From Eledone cirrhosa (Eukaryota), in assembly GCA_964016885.1 (NCBI GenBank), contig OZ024745.1:75454001-75518000 (forward strand): a stretch of 64,000 nucleotides of DNA. The letters run 5' to 3'. Positions within the stretch are counted from its first letter, which is position 1. Each line of letters starts with the position of its first letter. Shown here piece after piece: positions 47,226-59,712 of the stretch. The notes under the pieces are model-generated. The model made no database searches. It was not told the origin of the DNA and saw only the letters and a list, made by a program, of their open reading frames with translations. The position numbers and the translations under genes were made by a program.

Positions 47226-47487
47226 TTAAGCCAGAAGGCTCGTTAGGCCGGTGCTTATCCCGGTTTCGTGGCGTGAAGCGACTGAGAGTACAAGACTCCC
47301 CCCTGGACAGGACGCCAGTCCATCGCAGGGTTAAACCCCCAACTATTGCTGGGACACATATACTGGAGCAACGTGAAATGAAGTATTTTGTTTAAGAACA
47401 CAACACGCAGCCCAGTCCAGGAATCGAACCCACAACATTGTGATCATAAGTCCAATACCCTTACCACAAGGCCACACACCTCCACAA
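47226..47487 (-). mobile_element. tRNA-headed SINE with CORE-like and V-like segments; partial copies 10350-10532, 40250-40430, 56368-56490
   Basis: Minus strand TGGCCTTGTGG (A box), GGTTCGATTCC (B box), TGTGTTCTTAAACAAAATACTT, CCCTGCGATGGACTGGCGTCCTGTCCAGGG. Confidence 0.75.
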
Positions 47488-47764
47488 TGTAGATGAATCC
47501 GGGACAGAAATTTGGCTAAAGTACAGAAAGTAAAAATGTACTATTATAATTTTTCAGTAAAATCACACACACACATATATACACATGCGCACGCACGCGC
47601 GTACACACACACACACACACACACGCACACACACACATATATATATATACTCACACACACACACATATATACACACACATACAGACACACCCGCATGCAC
47701 TAACATACACATACACACACATAGACCAGACATACGCATACACACGCACACACACACAGACCAG

Positions 47765-47815
<51 letters not shown>

Positions 47816-48565
47816 GAGCTATATTTATTTGAAGTCCAGCATACAAAGACTTTTATTGTCATAGCAAATTCTAGATCAATAATAATAATAATAATAGTAT
47901 TAATAATAATAATAAAATCTATGAAAATGATTTGACTTCAAATAAAATATACAAAAAAAAATAACAAAACATTAATTATTCATTGCCTTTTTTTTTTGAA
48001 AGAATAAACTGGCCCTTAATAATAAGAACAACGGCAAAAAAACCGTCATCATCATCAACAACGGCAACAAAAGCAACATTAAAATCAACACCAACAATAA
48101 CAAATATAATTATTATTGCTTCTACTTTTGGCACAAGGCCAACAACACGAAGGGAAGAGGAAAGTCAATTAAATTGACCTCAGTACATTACTGGTACTTT
48201 ATTTTATCGACCCGGTCAGGATGAAAGGCAAAGTTAACCTCGGCGGGATTTGAATTCAGAACGTAAAGGGCCGTAACTATATGCAGCAAAGAATGTTTTC
48301 CGAAGCTCTATCGATAAGGCCAGCTATTTCAAGGAAAGGGTAAAGCCGATTAAATCGAGCCCAGTGCATTACTGGTACTTCAATACATCGTCCCTGTAAG
48401 GATGAATGACCAAGCTGACTTCAGCGAGATTTGAACTAGTCTCAATGTGTAATATCTCATCTATTTATCCCTCGGTCCCGTCTATCTATCCATCTATAGC
48501 CTCGCTCGCTCCCTCTCTCTTTCTCTCCCCCCCTCTTCCCCCTCTCTCTCTCCTTATATATCTAT

Positions 48566-48679
<114 letters not shown>

Positions 48680-48697
48680 TATATATAGATAGATATA

Positions 48698-48802
48698 TTT
48701 CTTTATTAGCCACAGGGGCACAAAAGAAGGGGACAAATACAAAGGGGGAAGTTTACATACAATAAAAACGTGTAAAATGTTATCACAAATGGAATTTAAA
48801 AA
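48698..48802 (-). mobile_element. 3'-end stub of a related Tx1 subfamily (second stub at 55122-55152)
   Basis: TTTCTTTATTAGCCACAGGGGCA..AAAAGAAGGGGACAAATACAAAGGGGG resembles the LINE 3'UTR; adjacent AGAT repeats. Confidence 0.75.
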
Positions 48803-48824
48803 GATAGATAGATAGATAGATAGA

Positions 48825-49215
48825 TTTCTTTATTTACCATAAAGGCATAAAAAGAAGGGACAAATACAAAGGGGGAGTTTACATAAAACCGAGTAAAAAG
48901 GGTATAAAATGAAAATAATCAAAAACAACCTCAAAAGGGAGGGGACGTGATGGGGGTTGCACACACCCCCGAAAAAGTGTGCAATCCTTTGCCCGGGGAG
49001 CACATGGAGAAGGTGCTCCCCTCTCCTTCACTTCTTTACCTACAGGATGGTATACAGAGAAGGCCCATTTACACGAGCCATTCTCGCCACTATCACCCAC
49101 CTTTCATAAAACTGCCTGTGGCCAAGCACCTCTCTCTCCATTCTTATCCTTCTTCCGAAGTGATATCGGAAGAAGTAGACCAGACTATGGCCAGAGAGGA
49201 AGTTGCCTGACCACA
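48825..49215 (-). mobile_element. 5'-truncated copy of the Tx1-like LINE (~390 bp of the 3' end)
   Basis: Near-identical to 49244-49630; bounded by (AGAT)n on both sides. Confidence 0.92.
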
Positions 49216-49458
49216 TAGATAGATAGATAGATAGATAGATAGATTTCTTTATTTACCATAAAGGCATAAAAAGAAGGGACAAATACAAAGGGGGAGTTTA
49301 CATATAATCGAGTAAAAAGGGTGTAACATGAAAATAATCGAAAATAACCTCAAAAGGGAGGGGACGTGATGGGGGTTGCACACACCCCCGAAAAAGTGTG
49401 CAATCCTTTGCCCAGGGAGCACATGGAGAAGGTGCTCCCCTCTCCTTTACTTCTTTAC

Positions 49459-52400
49459 CTACAGGATGGTATACAGAGAAGGCCCATTTACACGAGCCAT
49501 TCTCGCCACTATCACCCACCTTTCATAAAACTGCCTGTGGCCAAGCACCTCTCTCTCCATTCTTATCCTTCTTCCGAAGTGATATCGGAAGAAGTAGACC
49601 AGACTATGGCCAGAGAGGAAGTTGCCTGACCTCAGACCTTTCAATCGTGTCCACCAAACAACCTCTTTCAACATGGCTATTACGCACAGAAAAACCGCCT
49701 TTGCTTCCTTTGTGAAGAGGGGAGGCGGTTTGATTGTCATCACGGACTCGGCTGTCAATTTAATCGGCGCCACCCGCGACAGCAGTTGTTCGGCGTAGCC
49801 CCACAGATCAGCCACGCCCGGACATTGCACCAATGCGTGCGCCACGGTTTCTTCGTGACGCACGCATCTAGGGCAAATCTTTTTTGAGGGATCCCTGCCC
49901 GGGCGCCCGTGTCTGTAGAGCCTCTCTCGAACGGGTAGAGCCCCTCGGTAGCACTGCCAGGCCAGTGACTTCTGGAAGTTGTCCATTGGTCCTGGGCCGA
50001 AAGTCCTACCGAACAGGCTGGCCAGTTCGTCTTCTTCCATGTCCAGTGACTCTCCAAGGGTGTCATCGCCCCTGCTAGCCACCAGCCCTCTATAGAATGA
50101 TGAGGTGGATTCTCCACCGATGGCCCGGCCCGCTTGCCAGAGAGCCCTGAGCGCCTGAGCACACTCAGTGTGCCAGTCTCCCAGTTTTCCGGATCTTTGC
50201 TTGACCCAGGACTGTAGCTCGGTGAGTGAGACGAGTCTCGGAAAGGCTCGTTTCACGAACGGAGCCCACACCGGTTGACCAGTGAGGAATACCTGTAGGT
50301 GCCGTAGCCTTAATGCGTGCCTACGCATCATCAACCACGGCATCCCCAGCCCTCCTTTCGAAGGTTGTTGGCAGCAGATGGATCTTCTCACCATAGGAGG
50401 ACGCTTCTTCCAAAGAAATTGGAAGAGCATGCGTTCCATGGTGGTGAGTGTTTCCTTAGGGCAAGGCACGACAGTCAGGCGGTAGTAAGTGACGGACGCT
50501 ATGTAAATGTTCGCCACCTCCGCCCGGCCTTTTAGGGACAGCTTACACTTGGCCCATTTCTGGGTTAGTGCAAACACCTTGTTCGTAACCTCGTTCCAGT
50601 TCTTTTCCACCTGGAGGTCCGGTCCAAACCAGACCCCAAGCAACTTTACCGGGCCCTCCGTCCAGTGTCCGACGACACCATCGGGAGGCATCGGTCTGCC
50701 TCTCCACGTTCCGAGTTGCAGCCCGATGGATTTTTCCCGGTTCAGTTTCGCTCCTGACAACCTTTCGTACTCCTCCAGTAAGGTACCGATCGCCTCGATC
50801 TCCGAGTCGGTTGATACCATTACTGTTACGTCATCGGCGTAGGCCGACACCGCTTTGCTCAATCCTGGTTCCAGGGGGATACCCTGCAACAACTCCAACT
50901 TCCTCAGTAAAGGCTCGAGAGTCAATACGTACAGAAGGGAGGAGAGAGGGCACCCCTGTCGAATGGATCGTGTGATTTCGAACGGCTTCGAAAGGTAGCC
51001 GTTCACCTTGATCCTAGAACAGATGTGGTTGCTATGTAGGGCAGTGATCCAGCCTCTGAAAACAGGACCGAACCCAGCCGCCGCTAGCACCGCATCCAGG
51101 TAACCATGGTCGACCCTATCGAATGCCTTAGACTGATCCAAGTTGATCAGGGCCCCACCGAAGCCGGGTTTGTTGCCAACCCTCTCTATGATGTATCGCA
51201 TGAGGTGGAGGTTATCGTGAATGGACCTGGATGGGATAGCACATGTCTGCGCATCTCCCACCAGGCCACCCACGACAAGCGCCAACCTCTTTGCTAACAC
51301 CTTGGCCAAAATCTTTAACTCTGTGTTTAGCAGGGTTATGGGCCGAAAATTATTTATACTATCCCCCTTGTTCTCGTCCTTCCTCACCAGCGTGACTACG
51401 CCCTTGGCTACAGAACAAGGAATTCTCCCGTTCTGCTGCCAATTGCAGTAGACCGCTTCGAGGAGTTCGGAGAAGAAGACCGGCATTGCTAAATAAAGTT
51501 CGTAAGGTATACCATCGAGACCTGGAGATTTGCGTCTGCTGCATTGGCTCAGCGCATCTCCGATCTCATCAGCCGAGATTGGTCCCTCGCAGGACTCTGC
51601 CTCTTTGCTCGAGAGACGCGGCAGGCCGTCGAGGTATGGACCGAAATCCACGCCCCGGCCCGGACCCTCGCCTCCCCCGAACAATCGGGCAAAGTGCTTT
51701 TGAAAGGCCTCGCACATCTGCTTAGGCTCCCGGATCACTCGTCCATCTTCGTCTTGCAACGACCGGATGGTGGATCGATTTCCACTTTTAGCTTCTGTCA
51801 CGCGGGCCCATCCAACGGCTTTGGCCCCCTCATTACCTAGAGCACGTATTTTACTTCGAATGACGCAGCCTTCATGCTTTGCATCGAAAAACTGGTTCAA
51901 GGCCGTCCTCGATGCCAGCACTCTGGCCACATCTTCGCTCTTGATTGCCTCTTCTAATTTACCTGTTAATTCTTTCTCGTTTCTATTCCTATTGGCAGCT
52001 AACATCTTGCTATAACTTATTGATTCTGTTCTAATCTCTCTTTTGAGAGATGCCCACCATCGGTTGTTGACGATTGCACCCGTCAACCTCTCCTTAACTA
52101 ATCTGCTAATCCGGTTTCTGTAAGTCTCTTTTGCCGGTAAAGACAAATTAAGTTTCCAGTAACCGGGACCCTGTCTATGTGTTTTCTCGAGATTGACCAC
52201 GCAGGTCACTAATTTGTGATCCGTGTAGCCAACCGTGCGCATTTCTGGACAGCTTAATATGTCCCTATCCTTACTTCTAACTAAGAATATATCTAAGTAC
52301 GATCTAGATTGACCACTGTGGTTTCTCCAAGTCCAGGTAGGCACAGTTGGAAAATCTAGTCGATATCTATCGACCAAGTTAAAACGGTCGAGTAACCCCT

Positions 52401-52896
52401 TGAGGCTGTTACACCCCCCTCTATTAGGACATGCTCCTGCATAGTCCCAACGTGCATCCAGGATGTCATTCCAATCCCCCGCTAGAAGCAGGGAACGCGA
52501 CGTTCCCAGAAAAGTCTCCAAACGCTGGAAGAAGTCGGGCCGTTCAGCTCCGAAAGGGGAGTAGACGGCGACCAGTCTCAAGGCCGCACTTTCACTACTG
52601 CCAACGTCTAGCACCAACAAACGACCCTCCGGGTCCGAGTGCACAACCTGTACGGCAAGACCCAGGTGTTTTTGCAGCAGCACGACAACCCCACCCCCAC
52701 CTCCAGGTTGACAGAGAGATGCATGCACCTCAAAGTCATCGAAGGTGGGGGCCAGCTGCCGCATGACGCTGATTCGAGTCTCACAGATAACCATTACATT
52801 TATACTACATGACCTGAGGTCATTTAGAAGCTTTGCTTGCTTCCAAGTTGAGCCCAGGCCACGTGCATTCAAACATCCTACTCTTAACACATCCAT
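49459..52896 (-). CDS. ORF2p: APE endonuclease + reverse transcriptase + C-terminal zinc finger (1145 aa)
   Basis: GCLNARGL, ICET, GDWND, YLD, TDH (APE); GPGYWKLN; KSPGLDG, FRPITLLN, DQSKAFD, RQGCPLS, YADD (RT); CPRC..ETVAHALVQC. Confidence 0.96.
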   Translation of the reverse strand: MDVLRVGCLNARGLGSTWKQAKLLNDLRSCSINVMVICETRISVMRQLAPTFDDFEVHASLCQPGGGGGVVVLLQKHLGLAVQVVHSDPEGRLLVLDVGSSESAALRLVAVYSPFGAERPDFFQRLETFLGTSRSLLLAGDWNDILDARWDYAGACPNRGGCNSLKGLLDRFNLVDRYRLDFPTVPTWTWRNHSGQSRSYLDIFLVRSKDRDILSCPEMRTVGYTDHKLVTCVVNLEKTHRQGPGYWKLNLSLPAKETYRNRISRLVKERLTGAIVNNRWWASLKREIRTESISYSKMLAANRNRNEKELTGKLEEAIKSEDVARVLASRTALNQFFDAKHEGCVIRSKIRALGNEGAKAVGWARVTEAKSGNRSTIRSLQDEDGRVIREPKQMCEAFQKHFARLFGGGEGPGRGVDFGPYLDGLPRLSSKEAESCEGPISADEIGDALSQCSRRKSPGLDGIPYELYLAMPVFFSELLEAVYCNWQQNGRIPCSVAKGVVTLVRKDENKGDSINNFRPITLLNTELKILAKVLAKRLALVVGGLVGDAQTCAIPSRSIHDNLHLMRYIIERVGNKPGFGGALINLDQSKAFDRVDHGYLDAVLAAAGFGPVFRGWITALHSNHICSRIKVNGYLSKPFEITRSIRQGCPLSSLLYVLTLEPLLRKLELLQGIPLEPGLSKAVSAYADDVTVMVSTDSEIEAIGTLLEEYERLSGAKLNREKSIGLQLGTWRGRPMPPDGVVGHWTEGPVKLLGVWFGPDLQVEKNWNEVTNKVFALTQKWAKCKLSLKGRAEVANIYIASVTYYRLTVVPCPKETLTTMERMLFQFLWKKRPPMVRRSICCQQPSKGGLGMPWLMMRRHALRLRHLQVFLTGQPVWAPFVKRAFPRLVSLTELQSWVKQRSGKLGDWHTECAQALRALWQAGRAIGGESTSSFYRGLVASRGDDTLGESLDMEEDELASLFGRTFGPGPMDNFQKSLAWQCYRGALPVRERLYRHGRPGRDPSKKICPRCVRHEETVAHALVQCPGVADLWGYAEQLLSRVAPIKLTAESVMTIKPPPLFTKEAKAVFLCVIAMLKEVVWWTRLKGLRSGNFLSGHSLVYFFRYHFGRRIRMEREVLGHRQFYERWVIVARMARVNGPSLYTIL

Positions 52897-52929
52897 GTGG
52901 GCGGCAGAGCCAAAGGAGAGTGTAGAGAC

Positions 52930-54807
52930 CTACCTTTCCGCTTCCCGGGGTTCGGGTTGCACGACTTCCATGGGGTCGGGGGTGTTGGGTGAAGGGGTGT
53001 CTTGTGGTGGTGTGGGGTCGTCGGTGTGTGGTGGGGTTGGGGTGTTTGGAGTTGTGTTGGGGAGGGGAAGGGGAGGGGGAAAGCTTTTTAGTAGGACGCG
53101 GTTTATGGGTTTGACAGAGGGTGGTCCTACGTCCTCCTTAAAATCCTTTTTTAGTTTTTGGTAGAGGTTCATTGGGATTTTTATTAGTTTTAAATGTGGG
53201 TGGTTTTCTGAAGAAACAAAGTTTACACCTTCGGTTTGTACCGAAGGATTATTGTATATGAGTTCATTTAATTTATTATTGTTTCTGTTGATGTAAGTAT
53301 AGTGTAGTGTCTTTTTTTCCGATGGTGTGAGTGTTTCGAAGAGGGGAGGGGCAGGTTTGGTTTTGTTTGTTGCTGGAGGGGTGTTTTCTGTTTTGTTAGA
53401 TTGTGTTGCGATTTGGGTGGGGGTTGTTTGTCCTTGTGTGTTTTGCACATGTTTTCTTTTTTTCCTTTTAATCTGTCTGAAGGACTCCGTTTCTTCCTCC
53501 GAATTCGTTGGGTTATCTTCAGTGTTGGAGGGAAGAGGTATGTTTGCTGGTAATGTTTCCGTGTTGGTTTTCTTTGTGGGGGAGATGGATGTCACTATGT
53601 TAGACTGTGTTGTGTGTTGTGTCTGCGGTGGTTGTGTTGTTTTATTGAGTGAGAGGTTGGGTGGGCCTGTATTTTGTTTTGGGGTAATGTGTTGTGACTG
53701 TTTGTGTTGTGGTGGTGTTGTGGTGTTACTGAGGGACGGGTTGGGTGGGACTGAGTTTTGTTGTTTGTTTATCTGTTGTGGTGGTGGTGGTGGAGCTGGT
53801 GTTGGTAGCAGGGTTTTCTTTTTGTTGAGTTGGGGACAAGCGGCCTTCAGGTGCCCTCTGCCTGCACAGATATGGCAGGACGGCCTTCTCCCCTCCACGC
53901 TAATGTTTATATACCCGTGGTCCTCTAATAGGATTCTGTCGGGTATTTGGGCGATGCGTTCAGGCTTCATTTGTACTACCAGCTCTATACCTGTTCCACT
54001 GAACGCATTGCCTGTGGTTTTCCCAATGGAAATCACGTTGTCATTCACTGGATCGATGAAGCCAGCTATGAGCCAGCAGTAGTCCACATCTGGCATCATT
54101 GCATCCAGCCATATGCGTTGAGTTTTTTTTCCCATATAAGATGGATAAAAGGTGAAATTTTTCGAACGAATCGGTGACAAAGCACATTTTTTTGCCGCCG
54201 ATTCGTTCTTCATGATAATTGCTAGGCTTCCATACAGTCTGTCTTTTCTTATGAAAGTTGTTTCATTCAGTACTTCTGCGAGTACTGTTTTGATATCTGC
54301 TTGAGAAGGCTGTTCAGGTTTTTTTGTACTGTTGTTGATGGTCCGAAACTTGACCGTTCGGCTTTCAATGTCTTTCGTGAATTCTTGAGGCATTTTTACC
54401 AATAAAATACCATTCTCACCTTCACTTATGTATTGTTTTGCGTCCGTGATCCTTCGTACCACATCTGAAATGTTTTCCGCTATATAAGTCAAAGATTTCT
54501 TTGTTTTCTGTGCAAATGAAGTCTTGTCGTCTGCTTTGTTTTCTGATATTATGTTATTTTCAACTGTTATTTTTTTGTTTGTTGTGTCTTTGTTTGTGTT
54601 ATTAGTATTGTCATGCAATTTTTCAAATTTTTTTTCTTCGTTGTTTTCGACATTTAATTTTTCCTCCGCAGATTCGTCCGTTTTTATTTTCATTTTTCCT
54701 TCCTTCTCTATGACGTTAGTTGGGAAGGAAGGGAGGACTAAAGCGTGCGAGCTTACAACTCTTACCGCTGTCCCCCCACCACTATTTTCGTTCGCTGCGT
54801 TTAACAT
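52930..54807 (-). CDS. ORF1p: nucleic-acid-binding protein with CCHC zinc knuckle (625 aa)
   Basis: CHICAGRGHLKAAC knuckle followed by a Pro/Thr/Gln-rich region; directly upstream of ORF2. Confidence 0.88.
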   Translation of the reverse strand: MLNAANENSGGGTAVRVVSSHALVLPSFPTNVIEKEGKMKIKTDESAEEKLNVENNEEKKFEKLHDNTNNTNKDTTNKKITVENNIISENKADDKTSFAQKTKKSLTYIAENISDVVRRITDAKQYISEGENGILLVKMPQEFTKDIESRTVKFRTINNSTKKPEQPSQADIKTVLAEVLNETTFIRKDRLYGSLAIIMKNESAAKKCALSPIRSKNFTFYPSYMGKKTQRIWLDAMMPDVDYCWLIAGFIDPVNDNVISIGKTTGNAFSGTGIELVVQMKPERIAQIPDRILLEDHGYINISVEGRRPSCHICAGRGHLKAACPQLNKKKTLLPTPAPPPPPQQINKQQNSVPPNPSLSNTTTPPQHKQSQHITPKQNTGPPNLSLNKTTQPPQTQHTTQSNIVTSISPTKKTNTETLPANIPLPSNTEDNPTNSEEETESFRQIKRKKRKHVQNTQGQTTPTQIATQSNKTENTPPATNKTKPAPPLFETLTPSEKKTLHYTYINRNNNKLNELIYNNPSVQTEGVNFVSSENHPHLKLIKIPMNLYQKLKKDFKEDVGPPSVKPINRVLLKSFPPPLPLPNTTPNTPTPPHTDDPTPPQDTPSPNTPDPMEVVQPEPREAER

Positions 54808-55041
54808 TTCTGTTAGACGATTGAAATTTTTTACACAAAATTTTTTTTAAAACAGGTTTTTCGCCTCTAGGAGGGGTAAAGATGAGCTGACCCACCGCCT
54901 GACAGTTCAGACGGAGGGTCAAGCTACACAATTGTATCAAAATTAAGTTTGAACTCACAAAATTTCCTCAATAAATTTGAACAAAACTTCTGTGCGAAGT
55001 GAATGACATCCACACTGTAGAACAGACGACAGCTAGATTAT

Positions 55042-55119
<78 letters not shown>

Positions 55120-55185
55120 TGTTTCTTTATTAGCCACAGGGGCAAAAAAGAAACAGTTCTAGTCCTGTAGAAGCCATTTATATAT

Positions 55186-55226
<41 letters not shown>

Positions 55227-55378
55227 TGTAGTGAAGTGACACATGAGTTGATATTCCTCCCGAAGTATAGTAATATCTGGTTCAACACATTATTTCACGA
55301 CAAGAATCTTGCAGAACAAATACAAAAACGATGTATATAGTTCAAGGACACACATACACACACACACACACACACCTC

Positions 55379-55417
<39 letters not shown>

Positions 55418-55937
55418 ATAAGAAACGGAGAATCAGTGGTGCGATGAATAACATTTATTAGACCTATTACAATCGTTTCTCTGGCGACCAGCTCGAGGCA
55501 CGATTGATGCAATGATCAAACCTGACTCTGAAATCGCAAGATCTTCGGATATGTCTCGATTCTACGACGCAGATTTTTTTGTTTGGGTGGGGGGGGGGGG
55601 ACACTCTGCTTCGTAGAATTGTTGTTACAACGAAACTAGTTCAATATTCCTTGTCTGGCTTTCTGGAGAATAGAGGAAAGGTGTTTCCTCAAAAACCAGT
55701 ATGACTCTAAAAACCGGTTTGTCTGTGTGTTTACATACAGAATAGCTGGCCACTCACAGTAAAGTGACCAGTGAAAAAACTTGGTACATCTACATATGTA
55801 TACGTGTGTGTATTCATATACATACTAGTATTTCAGTATACATATATGGATGTACATCTTTAACTTAATTGTTTAAGCGTCAGTCATACAAAAGTGAGTT
55901 ACAAACAAAACGAAATTTAATTTCGTTTCGTTATTTG

Positions 55938-55999
<62 letters not shown>

Positions 56000-57702
56000 G
56001 CCAGTTGGGGAATAATGTTAATTAGATGGTACCTGCACTGAATGATTTTACGTGAATTGGTTATTCAGTACTAACAGTAGGAATGAATATATCTTTTTGC
56101 TATTGGCGTAATATGAAGAATGTGAGATATTAAGAAAGTGAGATCGGGGTTTTAGAGATGTACATTCTCAATTCCAATCTCTATTTCGGCTGACGAGCAA
56201 ATCGATCCACCGATTAGATTCGATGATAGATCTATACCAGTCGTGATTATCTTGTATATTTTTATATATATCCTTCTTCTCTAATCGTGTGATTTGGAGG
56301 AGATTTGTCTGCTATTTCTAGCGATTTACATTTGACTATTTTTATGACTGTGATTTAAGGAAGATATGGAAGGCGTGTGGCTGAGTGGTTAGAGAATTGG
56401 ATTCGCAATCGTGAGGTTGTGAGTTCGATTACTGGACCAGGCGATGCGTTATGTCCTTGAGCAAGACACTTTATTTCACATTGCTCCTTCTACCTGGAGT
56501 TGCGACCGATAGATAGTACTAGCAATTGGAAAGACCAACGGAAACATTGTTTCCTCGGTCCGATATGCCGAAAGTCAATCGTTCCTTTAAAAAAATGGTT
56601 GGTATTCCTTGCGGATCAAGTGAAAATCTATAGGTTCCCTTGCTGATTCTTAGAGTTCATTGTTAAATACGTAGGTAGTATAGACTTGCCTGTTGCTACT
56701 TCTATAATATTTGATATAAATGATTTATTCTTTCCTATACCTCCTTAGCAACTTGTTATAAAATATATTTTATAATCTATTATACTAAACGTAATGAGAA
56801 GAAACATCGTGTTGATTTTTGAAATAATAAATCAAAGTCTATTTTATTTGAGATTTTTCTGACGATATATCTTTGAGAAACCGTAAGAATTCCCTTAAAT
56901 TTTTTTATACTTTTTCAGTAACTTTTTTCTTCGTCTCACTTTCCTCTAGATGTGACGTGACTCATCATAGAAGACTGGAAAAAGATTTAAAGTTTCATTG
57001 CCCAGAAGCTAATCGGAAGGATAGCGCTTAAAGAAGCCATGAAACGGGGAACAGAAATAGAAAATCTGGGGCTTATTTAACGTTTGTATTAAAAACAGTT
57101 TCGCTCTGAATTAGACTTGAAGGTAATTCAGTAAACAATATCCGTGTATGACAAAATAGACAACTGCTAATCGCTGCTCAATAATTTCTATTGCTAACAA
57201 TACCCAGCAGTCATAGATAGACCTGCTTCGAGTTTCTTATCACAACAAAGACAGAAATCGTATTAATATCCATTGCACATTTCTCTATTGTCAACAACTT
57301 GGACACTTTTCATGTTCAAGTGATGAATTTGTCATCTTATGGATTCACTGAAACAAATAACCGAAATTTAACCCGAAAAAAAAAATCATTTTTTTCCAAG
57401 AAAGATACATTTAGAAAGAGAGATGATATTGGCAAAGTTAACATTTTTGAGCAAGATTGAATGGGTTCAAGCTCAGTTAACGACGCAAGTAGTTAACTTC
57501 AGTTCGAAACTAGGAATCGAAAGCTGTTTCAGACAATATCAAATGTTTGGATTTTTTGAAACAAGAAGTGTAACTAAATGAAATGCGATAAAATTTACAT
57601 ATTTCTGGCAGACTGTTGGTGACACTTCTGACGTTGTAATACAATTAATATACTGACGCGACCGTCTGTGCCTAAAGTGTCATGGCTATCTGTGTCATAA
57701 CA

Positions 57703-57733
<31 letters not shown>

Positions 57734-57738
57734 GTGTG

Positions 57739-57829
<91 letters not shown>

Positions 57830-57939
57830 GGAGAGAGGAGGGAGAGAGACGCAACAAAAATGAAGGGGTTCGCTTCATGAAATTTGATGGGATCCGATAA
57901 CGCATGTTTTCGTTGATAGCGAGTCCCTCATATGTTATT

Positions 57940-58445
57940 TATAAACCGGTAATGAGATAAAAATAAACTAGTGGCAATAGCACTAACATAGCGTTAAGCC
58001 TAACAGTAGTGCATTACTGGTACTTTATTTTATCGACATCCTTACGGGGTCGATAAAATAAAGTACCAGTAATGCACTGGGTAATTGCTGGTCTTGTGCC
58101 TAAAGTAGAAACAGTTATTTATAAACATATAGTGTATGTTTTAATATGCACTACTGTTAGGCTTAACGCTATGTTAGTGCTATTGCCACTAGTTTATTTT
58201 TATCTCATTACCGGTTCAGTGAATGCCACTGATGAGAAATTAATGAATAGTGAAACAGCTGTCTGACATTCTCAGCGGCTATTGAAATATCTGAGTCTTG
58301 TTCACAGAATGAAAAAAAAAACGAAAAACAATTTTTTCATTACGAAAGATATTTTTTCTTTGATAGCGAGATTATCACATGTTTATGACATACTGACATA
58401 TAGTATATGCTTTCCATGTGCACCCCTATTATGCTTAAAACTATT
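57940..58445 (+). mobile_element. Fold-back insertion with hammerhead at 58223-58269 and a SINE fragment in the spacer
   Basis: Arms 57944-58009 and 58152-58216; ATGCCA-CTGATGA..GAAAC-AGCT-GTC-TGACAT. Confidence 0.7.
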
Positions 58446-58495
58446 TTAGTGTTGCTGCCAATTATGCACACACACACACACACACACACACATAA

Positions 58496-58593
<98 letters not shown>

Positions 58594-58745
58594 CGAAGAA
58601 AATGTGGTAAGGAACCAGGTGGACCATAACGCACCAAAGTACTCAATACTTAGGGTAGTAGAGTGGGTAATAGGAACCAGTAAGACCCCGACAGAATTAG
58701 CCGTCGAAACGGCTTGAGCTCAGCCGTCGGGGTCTTACTGGTTCC

Positions 58746-58771
<26 letters not shown>

Positions 58772-58777
<6 letters not shown>

Positions 58778-58847
58778 GTCCCAAAAAAGGTATCCACACT
58801 TTTATTAGAATGCTGTTGGAGTTTGTATACATTTTTGGGACACCCTA
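58772..58847. mobile_element. Tc1/mariner-like MITE (relatives 899-975, 61471-61555)
   Basis: TIRs TAGGGTGTCCCAAAAA / TTTTTGGGACACCCTA within (TA)n. Confidence 0.75.
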
Positions 58848-59116
58848 TATATATATATATATATCATGCAATGTTACATTGCTTACCAATGGGTGGTGAT
58901 TCCGATTAGTAAACGATGATACATAAATTAAAGCACTCGACGTTATGCAGATCATCCATCGTCGATGTGGTATCCAGTGGTTGGTGCTGGGACTGAGTGG
59001 AATATTCATTAAAAACAACAAAAGGGGCCGGACTGGGAGCTTTATAATATTAATTCCGCGAAAACACTATACATATTTCAATGGCCCAGCTTTAGGACTC
59101 TCTTATATAAACTATT

Positions 59117-59712
59117 TCTTCTTCTTCTTCTTCTTCTTCTTCTTCTTCTTCTTCTTCTTCTTCTTCTTCTTCTTCTTCTTCTTCTTCTTCTTCTTCTTCT
59201 TCTTCTTCTTCTTCTTCTTCTTCTTCAGTGGGTCCTGTCAGAAGCAACTGTCCCCAACTGTTCCAGCTGGATCCTCAAGCAAGACCAGCCGAGCTCATGG
59301 ACGTTATCAAACCATCTTTCTCGTAGTCTACCACAGATTCTTTCCTGAGACATTCTAACCACTTGTCCGTAGTATCGGCACTGTCATCTCTCAACTCGGA
59401 GACATAGTGGCTTAACCAGGAGTGACTCTCTCATCTCCGAACTACGCACTCTATCGAGTAACGTTACTCCAAAGACCCTTCAGGGGAAACCCATTACGGC
59501 AGCTTATGTTCGCGATCGCAGTGTTTCGGCCATTACCCAACGAATATCGAATTGAAGACAGTGAGTTTGGCTTTTACACTTATCACCCTCCTTCTAATGA
59601 CCAAATACTGAAGCTGACGCATTACTACATATGCTCCTGCAATGCTTGTACTTAATTCAGCCAGAGGCTTTCCATTACTTGTGAACAAGGCTCCGAGATA
59701 CTTGAACTTCTA
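59117..59712 (-). mobile_element. RTE 3' fragment with (GAA)n tail
   Basis: Reverse complement of the 32.7-33.3 kb RTE sequence, followed by (GAA)n. Confidence 0.82.

Larger units (their letters stand above)
49244..55034 (-). mobile_element. Full-length L1/Tx1-clade non-LTR retrotransposon
   Basis: Two intact ORFs; short 3'UTR ending AATAAAGAA(ATCT)n; (AGAT)n on both flanks. Confidence 0.95.

Noticed and set aside
49755-54850. Antisense and alternate-frame ORFs inside the Tx1 LINE (e.g. 53327-54082)
   Set aside because: Shadows of ORF1/ORF2 with no motifs of their own.
56585-57670. Non-repetitive ~1-kb stretch (also 38700-39480 and 29760-30300) as possible exons or old transposon
   Set aside because: No open frame or motif could be recognised by eye.
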